From NCBI GenBank assembly GCA_963779365.1, contig CAVZYB010000030.1, positions 90,117 to 154,116 on the forward strand: a DNA stretch of 64,000 nucleotides, given 5' to 3'. Shown piece after piece: positions 1-8,932 of the stretch. Position numbers and translations under genes: made by a program. The DNA is from an uncultured Acidobacteriota bacterium (GTDB taxonomy: Bacteria > Acidobacteriota > Terriglobia > Terriglobales > Acidobacteriaceae). The notes below the pieces were generated by a model. The model saw only the letters and a program-made list of their open reading frames with translations. It was not told where the DNA came from and did not search any database. Each line of letters starts with the position of its first letter. The stretch's first letter is position 1.

Positions 1-1118
1 TTTTCGATCTTTCCCCAGCGGCTGAAGTCCGGCAGCTTGACCACCACGGCTCCCGCCCCGCAAGCCACCCGCACCGAAGCCTCCGGATCGGCCATCCGCG
101 CAAACACGCCCTTGGCAAAAGCCTTCACATCGTCCTCGCTGATGCGTCCGCCCGGCCCGCTTCCCTTCACCAGGTAGATGTCCACGCCGATTTCGCGCGC
201 CAGTTTGCGCACAATCGGCGCCGCCGGAACCGTGCGGTGTTCGTGTCCTGCGTGCTTGGTCAGCCTGCCGGATGCACTTCCAACTCCATCTCCGGCGGAG
301 CGTCGGGCGGAAAAGCCTCCTCCTCGCTCTTGCCCTCCGCGGTGCGCGCCGAGCGGAAGCTGTGCCGCGCCATCGCCATGTAGCTCTGCGTCGGAGGATT
401 CCTGCTCGGCTCAGCGCTCGCCCGCCTCGGCTGGCGCCGCCTCGGAGTGGGCTCTGCCGTCGCGGCGGGCGCAGCCGGCGCCTGCCGTGGCGGCGATGGT
501 AAAGATCAGATCGCCCACCTTCAGCTTCTGCCCCACCTTCGCCTTCACTTCGCTGACCGTTCCGCTCACCGTCGAAGGAACTTCCACCACCGCCTTGTCG
601 GTCTCCAGCTCCAGCACCGTCTGGCCCGCCGTCACTTCCTCGCCGGGTTGCACCGCGACTCGAACCACATCGCCGGATTCGATATTCTCGCCCAGCTCCG
701 GCAGCCTGAACTCGGCGACTCGACGCGTTCACCGCCGCCGCGCGAAGTTCCGGCACCGCGCCTTGCGCTCGACGCTTCTGCGTCGCGCTTTGCGTCGTTT
801 TGCGGCACGGCTGCGCCGTGCGCTCTTCTCCGCGTCCGCCGTTGCCTTCGGAGCCTCTGCCGCTGCGGCTTGGCCGAGCCTCGGCGCCGTATAGGTGAAC
901 AGCACATCGCCCACCTTCACCCGCTGCGAGGGAGTCACGACAACTTCTTCAATCACGCCGCTCACCGTGGAAGGCACTTCGATCACGGCCTTGTCGGTTT
1001 CCAGTTCAATGACGGTCTGGCCTTCCTGGATCGTTTCCCCAGCAGTGACCGCGATTCGAACCACGTCGCCGGCCTCGATGTTTTCACCAAGCTCCGGGAG
1101 TTTGAATTCTGTTGCCAC
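1..1118 (-). pseudogene. aceF: Pyruvate dehydrogenase E2 (dihydrolipoamide acetyltransferase). N-terminal part only; the catalytic domain runs off the window start. Two lipoyl domains plus an E3-binding domain, interrupted by in-frame TGA codons at 729-731 and 411-413 with scrambled linkers.
   Basis: Lipoyl motifs VIELETDKAVIEVPSTVSG (ORF 729-1187) and VLELETDKAVVEVPSTVSG (ORF 411-668). My own minus-strand read of 1-260 gives AAPIVRKLAREIGVDIYLVKGSGPGGRISEDDVKAF...LPDFSRWGKIE (subunit-binding domain and start of the catalytic domain). GTG at 1116-1118 follows AAAGGAAA. Lies directly downstream of aceE. Confidence 0.85.
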
Positions 1119-1209
1119 AGCGTTTCCTTTCAATGGATGCGATCCAACGGCGCGCCTGGCAGCTGCGGCCGATCTCCGAAGCGCCATGATTCAGCCTTAC
1201 GCAGAGCCA

Positions 1210-3891
1210 TTACACGGTGAACGGATCCGCGCTTCTCGGAATTGATTCCGAGATCGGTGATCGCCTTCTTCACCTCGGCGGCTTTGATCTTGCCCTCGCG
1301 CATCAGCCCGGTCAGCGTGGCCAGCACAATGTGCTTGGCGTCCACCTCAAAGAAGTCGCGCAGCGATGCGCGGCTCTCCGACCGGCCATAGCCATCGGTT
1401 CCCAGCGCAATCAGCGGACGCGGCATCCACTGCGAGATCGACTCCGGCAGCGCCTTCACGTAATCGGAAGCCGCCACCAGCACGCCCTCCGCGTCCTTCA
1501 ATTGCGAGGCCACGAACGACTCGCGCTGCTTCGCGCCCGGATGCAGCATGTTCCAGCGTTCGCAGGCATTGCCGTCCCTGTAGAGCTCCTTGTAGCTGGT
1601 GACGCTCCACACGTCGGCGGCAACCTTGTACTTCTCTTCCAGAATCTCGGCGGCCTTCAACGCCTCCAGCATGATTGCACCCGAGCCAAACAGCTGCGCC
1701 TTCAGCTTGAAGTCTTTCTTCTCCGAGCTCCGGAAGCGGTACAAGCCCCGCAGAATGCCCTCGCGAACGCCCTCCGGCATCGCTCGGCTGCGCCCACGGC
1801 TCATTCATCACCGTGATGTAGTAGAAGATGTCTTCCTGCTCCACGTACATGCGGCGAATGCCTTCCTGCACGATGATCGCAATCTCATAGGCAAACGCCG
1901 GATCGTAGGCCAGCAGATTCGGCACCGGATAGGCCAGCAGATGACTGTGGCCGTCCTGATGCTGCAATCCTTCTCCCGCCAGCGTCGTGCGTCCCGCCGT
2001 GCCGCCGCACAGAAAGCCCTTGGCGCGCTGATCGCCCGCCGCCCACACCAGGTCGCCCACCCGCTGCAAGCCAAACATCGAGTAGTACACAAAGAACGGA
2101 ATCGCGTTGATCCCGTGATTGGCCGGCGAGGTGCCCGCGGCGATGAACTCGGAGAGTCCGCCCGCCTCCGTAATTCCCTCTTCCAGAATCTGCCCGTCCT
2201 TGGCTTCCTTGTAATACAGCAGGGTGTCCATATCGACCGGCTCGTAGTTCTGTCCCACGCTCGAGTAAATTCCCACCTGCCGGAACAAGCGCTTCCATGC
2301 CAAAGGTGCGGGCTTCGTCCGGAATGATCGGCACAATCAGCTTGCCGATCTTCGGGTCGCGCAGCAGTTTGGCGATCAGCCGCACCAGCACCATGGTGGT
2401 CGAAACCTTGCGCTCCACCGTGCCGGTATAAAACTCCTTGAACACCTCTTCGTTCACCGGTTCCAGCTTTGGCGCGCGCATCTTGCGCTCCGGCAGATAT
2501 CCGCCCAGTTGCTTGCGCCGCTCCCGCATGTACTGGATCTCCGCCGCCTCGTCCGGTGGACGGTAGAACGGCGCATCGTGCAGCTTTTCGTCCGGAATCG
2601 GAATCCCGAAGCGCGAACGGAAGATCATCAACTCCTCGTCGTTGATCTTCTTCTGCTGATGGGTAATGTTCCTGCCTTCGCCGCTCTCGCCCAGGCCATA
2701 GCCCTTGATCGTCTTCGCCAGAATCACCGTAGGCGAGCCGGTGTGCTCCACCGCGGCCTTGTAGGCGGCATACACCTTGATCGGGTCGTGCCCGCCCAGA
2801 CGCATCTTCTCAATCTGCTCGTCGCTCAGGTGCTCCACCATCTTCAGCAGCCGTGGATCGGTGCCAAAGAAGTTCTGCCGGAAGTAGGCTCCGCTCTCCA
2901 CAAATAGCTTCTGATACTGGCCGTCGCACAGCTCACCCATGCGCTTCACCAGCAAACCGTCGCGATCCTTTTCGATCAACTGGTCCCAGTCCGTGCCCCA
3001 GATCACCTTGATGACATTCCAGCCCGCGCCGCGGAAGCTCGCCTCCAGCTCCTGAATGATCTTTCCGTTGCCGCGCACCGGCCCGTCCAGCCTCTGCAGG
3101 TTGCAGTTGATGACAAAGATCAGGTTGTCGAGCTTTTCCCGCGAGGCCAGCGTGATCGCGCCCAGAGACTCCGGTTCGTCGGTCTCGCCGTCTCCCAGAA
3201 ACGCCCACACCTTGCCCTGGTTGCACTTCTTCAACCCGCGATTCTCCAGATAGCGATTGAAGCGCGCCTGGTAGATCGCCTGGATCGGCCCCAGTCCCAT
3301 CGAAACCGTCGGAAACTCCCAGAACTCTTTCATCAGCCACGGATGCGGATAAGAGGTCAGCCCTCCGCCCCGAGCCAGCTCGCGACGGAAATTCTCCAAC
3401 TGCTTCTCCGAGAGCCGTCCTTCCAGAAATGCCCGCGAATAGATTCCCGGCGACGCGTGTCCCTGGAAGAACACCATGTCGCGGTCTCCATCCGGAGTCT
3501 GCGCCCGGAAGAAATGGTTGAAGCCAACCTCGTAGAGCGTTGCCGCCGAGGCAAAGGTGGAGATATGCCCGCCAATACCCTCCTGCCGCTTGTTCGCCCG
3601 CATCACCATCGCCAGCGCGTTCCAGCGCACCAGGCTCTTAATGCGGCGCTCCAGCTCCTGACTGCCCGGAAAGGGCGGCTGCTTTGCCGCCGGAATCGTA
3701 TTCTGGTAGGGAGTGGTTGCGGAAAACGGCAGCCGATAGCCGGATTGCGCGGTGTGCAGTTCCAACTGCTGCAGCAGTCGCCCGGCTCGTTCTGCTCCAC
3801 CGTTCTCCAGAACGTAATCCAGCGAATCTAGCCATTCCCGGGTTTCTAAAACTTCCTGTCCTACTTGCTCGCGATGATCGGAGGGATTCAC
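1210..3891 (-). pseudogene. aceE: Pyruvate dehydrogenase E1 component, homodimeric AceE type (about 890 aa). At least 3 frame disruptions in the sequence as given.
   Basis: ORF fragments 1885-3891, 1347-2336 and 1130-1804 read consecutively as one AceE: [58 protein letters not shown] at 3889-3891 follows GAGGAA. Removing one base near 1222-1237 gives ...EKADPFTV followed by TAA at 1210-1212. Confidence 0.9.
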
Positions 3892-4207
3892 TCTGCGGTT
3901 CCTCTAGGGTGCGGACTCGAACCTTCTATACTACAGCCCCACATTTGGAGATGGAAATTCCAGCGCCGCAACTTCATCAAATCGTAACGGGAATCGAGCT
4001 CTCACCGCGCCTTTCTCCTTTTTGTTCGCGCCGCCTGTCCTGATATGAGCGACCCCTGCTGCTCCGCTCCTGAACTGAAACCAAACCCGCAACCGCCTAA
4101 GATGATTTTTCTGCGGCGCCCAACCAAAACGGGCATATGATGTCGCCGGCAGGACCACGGTCTCTGCTGTTTTCTAGACATTCGGTCCCACTTCGGAGGG
4201 TACCAAT

Positions 4208-4885
4208 ATGTTCGAACAAGAAATAGAGATGGAAAAAAAGGAAGGCTCCGCGTTCGGCCCGGTTCTGATTATCCTGCTGCTGGTTGGCCTCTTCGTCGGA
4301 GGGATCGGCTTTGTCATCTTCCAGGGCGAGCAAACCCCCAAGCCCGCGGAAGCCTCCGCCATCGTCGAAACCAAGTTGAAATCGGCTGGCCCGGTCGAGG
4401 TAACATTCGATACCGGCAACCTAAGCTACGCCACCGGCGAGAATCCCGCCGATCCGCAGTACAAGCTGCTCGCCAACGCCGGAATCCTGAAAATCACCAA
4501 GGCCAAGCCCGGTGCCGCTCAGGTCGAACTGACTCCGGCGGGCAAGCAATTACTCGCCTCGTTCCCCGACGTCAAGGGCGTGCCCGACACGAACCACAGA
4601 ATCGTCTACACCCTGCCCTTGGCCTACCGTAAGCTGGTTGCCGTCGGCCAAATGACCCGCTTGAATCCGGATACCTTCCGAGTTCAGTACACCTGGCAAT
4701 GGCAAACCACCCAGGCTGGCGAAATGTTCGATGTCGCCGGAAATCTGGTCCAGACTCTTTCCTCCTATGAGCGCGGTGTGTTGATCGATCAGCACGGAGC
4801 CAAGTACTACCATGCTCCCCCAGCCCAAACCTCCATCCTATTGATGAAAGGCGACCATGGTTGGGAGCCCACGTCCGCTTATTAG
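4208..4885 (+). CDS. Hypothetical membrane-anchored protein (one N-terminal TM helix, about 190-aa extracytoplasmic domain)
   Basis: Intact 225-aa ORF. GGAGGG lies 7 nt before the ATG. Hydrophobic stretch FGPVLIILLLVGLFVGGIGFVIF. No family recognised. Confidence 0.6.
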   Translation: MFEQEIEMEKKEGSAFGPVLIILLLVGLFVGGIGFVIFQGEQTPKPAEASAIVETKLKSAGPVEVTFDTGNLSYATGENPADPQYKLLANAGILKITKAKPGAAQVELTPAGKQLLASFPDVKGVPDTNHRIVYTLPLAYRKLVAVGQMTRLNPDTFRVQYTWQWQTTQAGEMFDVAGNLVQTLSSYERGVLIDQHGAKYYHAPPAQTSILLMKGDHGWEPTSAY

Positions 4886-5006
4886 TCAGCAGCACCGGCA
4901 GTGAGTGAACTACCGGCTGGCAAAGTTTTGATCCTACCGGGAGGGCCTGCGCAGCCCTCCTGTTTTTTCGCTCCCCAATCTCGCTCCTCCAACCCTCGCT
5001 CTGCAT

Positions 5007-5116
5007 CTCGCCTAACGTGGACCGCTGTCGGGTGGAGCGTTGCCTATGCGATCCTAACGTGGACCCCGGGTGCCCCACGTTCGCCCTCCTTTGGCTAACG
5101 TGAGGTGGTTGACTCT
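5007..5116 (+). repeat. Array of REP-like hairpin elements: one full type I copy (5066-5116) preceded by a degenerate copy (5029-5065) and a lone 3' arm (5007-5025)
   Basis: CCGGGTGCCCCACGTTCGCCctcctttGGCTAACGTGaggtggTTGAC. The CTAACGTGGACC motif recurs at 5012 and 5053. Intergenic. Confidence 0.8.
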
Positions 5117-5319
5117 GCCCTTGTCTTTTATTCGGCCCTTGTCCTTGTTCCGCTTTTTCCGCTCCTTCCGTCTCCGCTCAAGCGGTAGCCCCTGCCTGCC
5201 GATGAACCTCCTATGGCGGGAGTCTCGCTCTCCGCCTTGTCCACAGGAGCACGCATGAGAGCACATACCGGTCAGCGTCCCCTTCCTCCGGGCAACCCGC
5301 GCCGCGGAAAGGATGGCCT

Positions 5320-6141
5320 GTGACCAGCGCTTCCATAGCCTCCGAACCACTTTCGTTCCAGGTTGTTCCGCTCCCATCTCCCGAAGTCTCGACTCCCCCG
5401 GAAGAAGTGGAGAAGAATTCAGAAGAGGAGCAGGAAAAACTGGTTCTCGCTCACATGGAGGACGTCAAGCTGATCGCGCGTTCCATCCAGCGCCGCCTTC
5501 CGGCCTCCGTGCAGTTGGATGACCTGATGCAAGCCGGCTCCATTGGCCTCATCGATGCGGCCCGGCGCTTCAGTCCCGGCCGCAATTTGCCCTTCCGCCA
5601 GTACGCCCGCATCCGCATCACCGGGGCCATCTTTGACAGCCTCCGCGAACTCGATTGGGCCACCCGGCATTTCCGCACCCGCCAGCAGAAGCTCGACAAC
5701 GCCACCCGCGCCCTCGAATCCAGCCTCGGACGCAAGCCCGGCAGCGAAGAGGTTGCCGAGTCCATGGGCATGGACCTGAACACCTTTTTCGAATTCGCCC
5801 AAGCCGTGCAGAACCGTCAGGAGGTCGACTTTGAACCGCCCGAGGACAGCGAATCCCGAGGCGTCCGCGAGACCGTGGCCGACGACCCCGAAACCCGCCC
5901 GGACGCCATCTGCCACCAGAATGAATCCCGCACTGAGCTGCGCCGGATGATTGCCCAGCTCCCGCAAGACGAGGCCAATGTCCTGATTCTCTACTACTTC
6001 AAGGAGTGGACCATGGCGCGAATCGCCCGATCCATCGGCAAAACCGAGTCTCGCGTCTCGCAGATACACAGCAAAGCCGTCGAGCGCCTCCGCGACCACC
6101 TAGGCCCTCGCGCCCGCGAATTCATGACCCGCCTTCTTTAA
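5320..6141 (+). CDS. fliA: RNA polymerase sigma factor, FliA/WhiG (sigma-28) family
   Basis: 273-aa ORF with a GTG start after GGAAAGGA. Region 2: DLMQAGSIGLIDAARRF...YARIRITGAIFDSLRELDW. Region 4: LPQDEANVLILYYFKEWTMARIARSIGKTESRVSQIHSKAVERLR. Collinear with E. coli FliA as I recall it. Confidence 0.75.
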   Translation: MTSASIASEPLSFQVVPLPSPEVSTPPEEVEKNSEEEQEKLVLAHMEDVKLIARSIQRRLPASVQLDDLMQAGSIGLIDAARRFSPGRNLPFRQYARIRITGAIFDSLRELDWATRHFRTRQQKLDNATRALESSLGRKPGSEEVAESMGMDLNTFFEFAQAVQNRQEVDFEPPEDSESRGVRETVADDPETRPDAICHQNESRTELRRMIAQLPQDEANVLILYYFKEWTMARIARSIGKTESRVSQIHSKAVERLRDHLGPRAREFMTRLL

Positions 6142-6188
6142 CGCGTGCCGGCCTGGGATTTAAAATACAGTGCTCGGGTATGCTCGAG

Positions 6189-6226
6189 CAGGTGGACCGC
6201 ATCCGCCTTGTTCTGGCGAATGCGGG
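6189..6226 (+). repeat. REP-like hairpin, type II variant
   Basis: CAGGTGGACCGCATCCGCCttgttctGGCGAATGCGGG: 12-position stem with 10 pairs and a 7-nt loop. Sits in tandem with the type I copy at 6237. Confidence 0.7.
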
Positions 6227-6236
6227 ATGCGGCAGC

Positions 6237-6285
6237 TCGGGTGCCCCACGTTCGCCTGTTTTTGGCTAACGTGGGCTTTTTGACC
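6237..6285 (+). repeat. REP-like hairpin, type I
   Basis: TCGGGTGCCCCACGTTCGCCtgtttttGGCTAACGTGGGctttTTGACC, located between the convergent fliA and HPF-sigma genes. Confidence 0.8.
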
Positions 6286-6311
6286 TTGTCCTTGCATTTG
6301 CGGCGTCGAGC

Positions 6312-7367
6312 CTATGCACTTCGCGGATGCCCAGTTGCGCGATCTGCCACGAGCTTTTGCCGACGCTCTCCGGCGGCCACCAGCGAGCGCCGCAGATGCT
6401 CGCGCGCCACTTTAATGTCGTGCTGCACCTGCTCCACCGTCCGCTCGGTGATCGCCGAGATCTCCGCCAGCCGGAATCCTTCCAGCGTGAACAGCAGAAA
6501 TGCCTCGCGCTGGTTTGGAGTCGAGCCCCGCAGTGCGCGCTCCACCATCGCCATCAACTCTTCCCGCGAAGCGTCATCCTCCGGCGTGCTGCCGCGCCGG
6601 TCGGCGATCAGGTTCTCGTTGGTCACGCTTTCATCGGATTGATAAAACTGCAGCATCTCTTCATTGTCCACGTCAGACGCCGGAGCGGTCTCCGCGTGTT
6701 CCAGCCGCACCGAGTGCGCCGCCGAGTCAAGCTGATTTCCCAACCGGTCCATCGCCGAGCGCGACAGCCGGTACAACCATGGCTCCAGTGCAATCTTCTC
6801 CGGCCGAGGACTATGCTCATCCAGCGCATTCGCCACCGCTTCGTCGATCACCTCTTCGACGCTGATCTCCTCCAGCCGCCGCTGCCCGCTGTCGCGCCGG
6901 AAGCGCAATTCCCGTTCCACGTAGCGCCGCAACCGCTCCAGATTCGCATTCAGAAATCCGGTCACGTCCATGCTGGAAATCGTCTCCGGCTTCACCGCCG
7001 CAACCGTAGTCTCGAATGCCACCTGCTCAACCCGCTGCCGTCCCTCTCCCCGCACCCTGGGATAGCGATATTCGCTCCGTAAATGTTCCTTGTGCTTGCG
7101 CAGTTGCTCGGTCAAATCGTCAAATGCAATCCGGATCGCCGCGTGCAGCGTCTCCGAGGTCGCCTTGCAGGACATCTGTCCGGCAGGCAGGCGCAGATTC
7201 AGCGCCACCTTAAAACCCGACTTCGGCGCCGCCTCCATCAATCCGCGCAAGGAAACCATGTCCGGATTGAACACATGCAAACGCGGTCCAAGTTTTTCAA
7301 TCTGGGTGTGGAGATACTCTTCGTGAGCGGGCGATTTTTCCAGCTTGTAAGTAAAATGAACGTTCAT
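6312..7367 (-). CDS. Fusion protein: N-terminal HPF/RaiA (ribosomal S30AE, ribosome-hibernation) domain plus C-terminal ECF-like sigma-70 regions 2 and 4
   Basis: Intact 351-aa ORF. aa 1-100: MNVHFTYKLEKS...KVALNLRLPAGQMSCKATSETLHAAIRIAFDDLTEQLRKHKEHLR, which parallels E. coli HPF/YfiA (...[33 protein letters not shown]). C-terminal half: VEEVIDEAVANAL...LEPWLYRLSRSAMDRL (sigma2-like) and QREAFLLFTLEGFRLAEISAITERTVEQVQHDIKVAREHLRR (sigma4 HTH). Confidence 0.7.
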   Translation of the reverse strand: MNVHFTYKLEKSPAHEEYLHTQIEKLGPRLHVFNPDMVSLRGLMEAAPKSGFKVALNLRLPAGQMSCKATSETLHAAIRIAFDDLTEQLRKHKEHLRSEYRYPRVRGEGRQRVEQVAFETTVAAVKPETISSMDVTGFLNANLERLRRYVERELRFRRDSGQRRLEEISVEEVIDEAVANALDEHSPRPEKIALEPWLYRLSRSAMDRLGNQLDSAAHSVRLEHAETAPASDVDNEEMLQFYQSDESVTNENLIADRRGSTPEDDASREELMAMVERALRGSTPNQREAFLLFTLEGFRLAEISAITERTVEQVQHDIKVAREHLRRSLVAAGERRQKLVADRATGHPRSA

Positions 7368-7532
7368 GCGAACCTCGTGAAGATCGATGCCTTCTACAGG
7401 TACGGTCCTGAACTGGTGGGACTTTAATCTCTTGCTTACAAAGAGGCAAGCGAAAAGATTGTGGTTGCTTACCTAAGGTAATTAAGCTCTCCTCGCGCGA
7501 GACACTTCTTTCGCCGCAACCCTTCTTCCGCG

Positions 7533-7566
7533 CAAGACAAAGCCGTCCCCAGAAGGCGACGGCTTG
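7533..7566 (-). terminator. Rho-independent terminator downstream of mqnE
   Basis: Minus strand reads AAGCCGTCgccttctgggGACGGCTT followed by TGTCTTG. Begins about 20 nt after the mqnE stop (7587-7589). Confidence 0.6.
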
Positions 7567-7586
7567 AAAAATCTATGCCTGCAGTG

Positions 7587-8741
7587 CTATCCCACTACCG
7601 TAACCGAAGTCTCCGTGCGCATCACCGGACGGTACAGCGTATCGCGCTCCACCGGAACCCGCCCTGCCGCCTCAATCAGCCGGATCAAATCCTGCCGCGT
7701 CAATCCCTGCGGTGTCGTCGCCCCCGCGTCGTGGTAAATTTTTTCTTCCACCACCGTGCCGTCAATGTCGTCGGCGCCAAAGCGCAACGCAATCTGCGCA
7801 ATCTTAGGCGTCAGCATCTGCCAGTACGCTTTGATATGTGGAAAGTTGTCCAGCACCAGCCGCGCCACTGCCACCTGCTTCAGGTCCAGCATCCCGGTCG
7901 TCCACGGCAGATGCTGCAGCACCGTATGATCCGGATGGAACGAAAGTCCAATGAAGGTCTGGAAGCCCTTGGTCTCATCCTGCAAAGCGCGCAATTTCAT
8001 CAGATGATCGACCCGGTCCTCGTCGCCTTCGATGTGTCCATACAGCATCGTCGCGTTCGATCGAATCCCCAGCAGATGCGCCTCGCGCGCCACATCCAGC
8101 CATTCGTTGCCGTCAATCTTGTGGTCGCAGATGATCGCCCGCACCCGCTCGGAGAAAATTTCCGCTCCGCCGCCCGGCATCGAATCCAGCCCCGCCGCCT
8201 TCAGCTTCAGCAGTACATCGCGAATCGTCAACTTGTTCAGCTTGGCGAAGAAGGAGATCTCCACCATCGTGAACCCCTTCAAATGCACCTGCGGAAACCG
8301 TTCTTTCAGCCCGCTCAGCATATCCAGAAAATACTGCAGAGGAAGATCCGGGTGCAGTCCGCCGACGATGTGAAACTCCGTCACCGCCTCGGTGTAGCCC
8401 GACGCCGCCGACTCGAAGACCTCCGCCAGCGCCATCGTGTAAGCGCCCTCAGTGCCCTTCTTGCGTCCGAAAGCGCACAACCGGCAGTTGGCCACGCAAA
8501 CATTCGTGTGGTTGATGTGGCGATTCACGTTGAAGTAGGCAACGTTGCCATGCATCCGTTCGCGCACATGATTCGCCAGCCAGCCCAGCGCCAGCATGTC
8601 GGTGGTGCGATAGAGCGCCAGAGCGTCATTGTGGTCGAGACGTTCCTCGGCAATGACCTTGTCGTGGATCTTATAGAGCCGCGCGTCCTCGCTGAAAAAC
8701 CCGTGCCGCGCCGTCGCAATGGGATACTGAACTTCCGCCAT
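7587..8741 (-). CDS. mqnE: Radical SAM menaquinone (futalosine pathway) enzyme, most likely aminodeoxyfutalosine synthase MqnE. MqnC is not excluded.
   Basis: CVANCRLCAF (CxxxCxxC cluster), FNVNRHINHTNVC, GADDIDGTVVEEKIYHDAGA, RVPVERDTLYRPV. Start taken at MAEVQY (ATG 8739-8741); the track ORF extends to 8801. Confidence 0.7.
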   Translation of the reverse strand: MAEVQYPIATARHGFFSEDARLYKIHDKVIAEERLDHNDALALYRTTDMLALGWLANHVRERMHGNVAYFNVNRHINHTNVCVANCRLCAFGRKKGTEGAYTMALAEVFESAASGYTEAVTEFHIVGGLHPDLPLQYFLDMLSGLKERFPQVHLKGFTMVEISFFAKLNKLTIRDVLLKLKAAGLDSMPGGGAEIFSERVRAIICDHKIDGNEWLDVAREAHLLGIRSNATMLYGHIEGDEDRVDHLMKLRALQDETKGFQTFIGLSFHPDHTVLQHLPWTTGMLDLKQVAVARLVLDNFPHIKAYWQMLTPKIAQIALRFGADDIDGTVVEEKIYHDAGATTPQGLTRQDLIRLIEAAGRVPVERDTLYRPVMRTETSVTVVG

Positions 8742-8827
8742 TTCGTTATGATATCGCAACCGCAGAGAACGATGAAATCCAACCACCGAGAACGGGTGCA
8801 TAATATGCCACCGCCGTCACGGGAGCC

Positions 8828-8876
8828 CCGGGTGCCCCATGTTCGCCATCTTTTGGCTAACGTGGGGTTTTTGACT
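8828..8876 (+). repeat. REP-like hairpin, type I
   Basis: CCGGGTGCCCCATGTTCGCCatcttttGGCTAACGTGGGGtttTTGACT, located between the mqnE start and the aldo/keto reductase stop. Confidence 0.8.
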
Positions 8877-8932
8877 GTGTCTTCGCCGTTGCCGTTGCTC
8901 TTAACCTTGAAACTTTGAAACCTCTGAAACTT

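Noticed and set aside
411-731. TGA recoding (selenocysteine, or TGA read as Gly/Trp) as an explanation for the two in-frame TGAs in aceF.
   Set aside because: Other genes in the window clearly terminate at TGA (for example 16574, 23334, 24332, 31123). The surrounding linker translation is itself frame-scrambled. I saw no SECIS-like hairpin.
3905-3925. tRNA-like T-arm string (GGTTCGAGTCC on the minus strand) just upstream of aceE.
   Set aside because: The flanking bases do not form a T-stem (GAAGG / CCGCA) or an acceptor stem, so no cloverleaf can be drawn. I found no convincing tRNA anywhere in the window.
7575-8918. Long antisense ORFs in the track: 7575-8918 (+), 9928-10911 (-), 34199-35320 (+), 52585-53655 (+), 54249-55781 (+), 59584-60204 (-), 62642-63310 (-) and 57064-57786 (-), plus many 60-200 aa Arg/Pro/Ala-rich frames.
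   Set aside because: Each lies opposite or out of frame to a gene with clear family motifs. Their composition (R/P/A/G-rich, no recognisable motifs) is what GC-rich DNA produces in non-coding frames.
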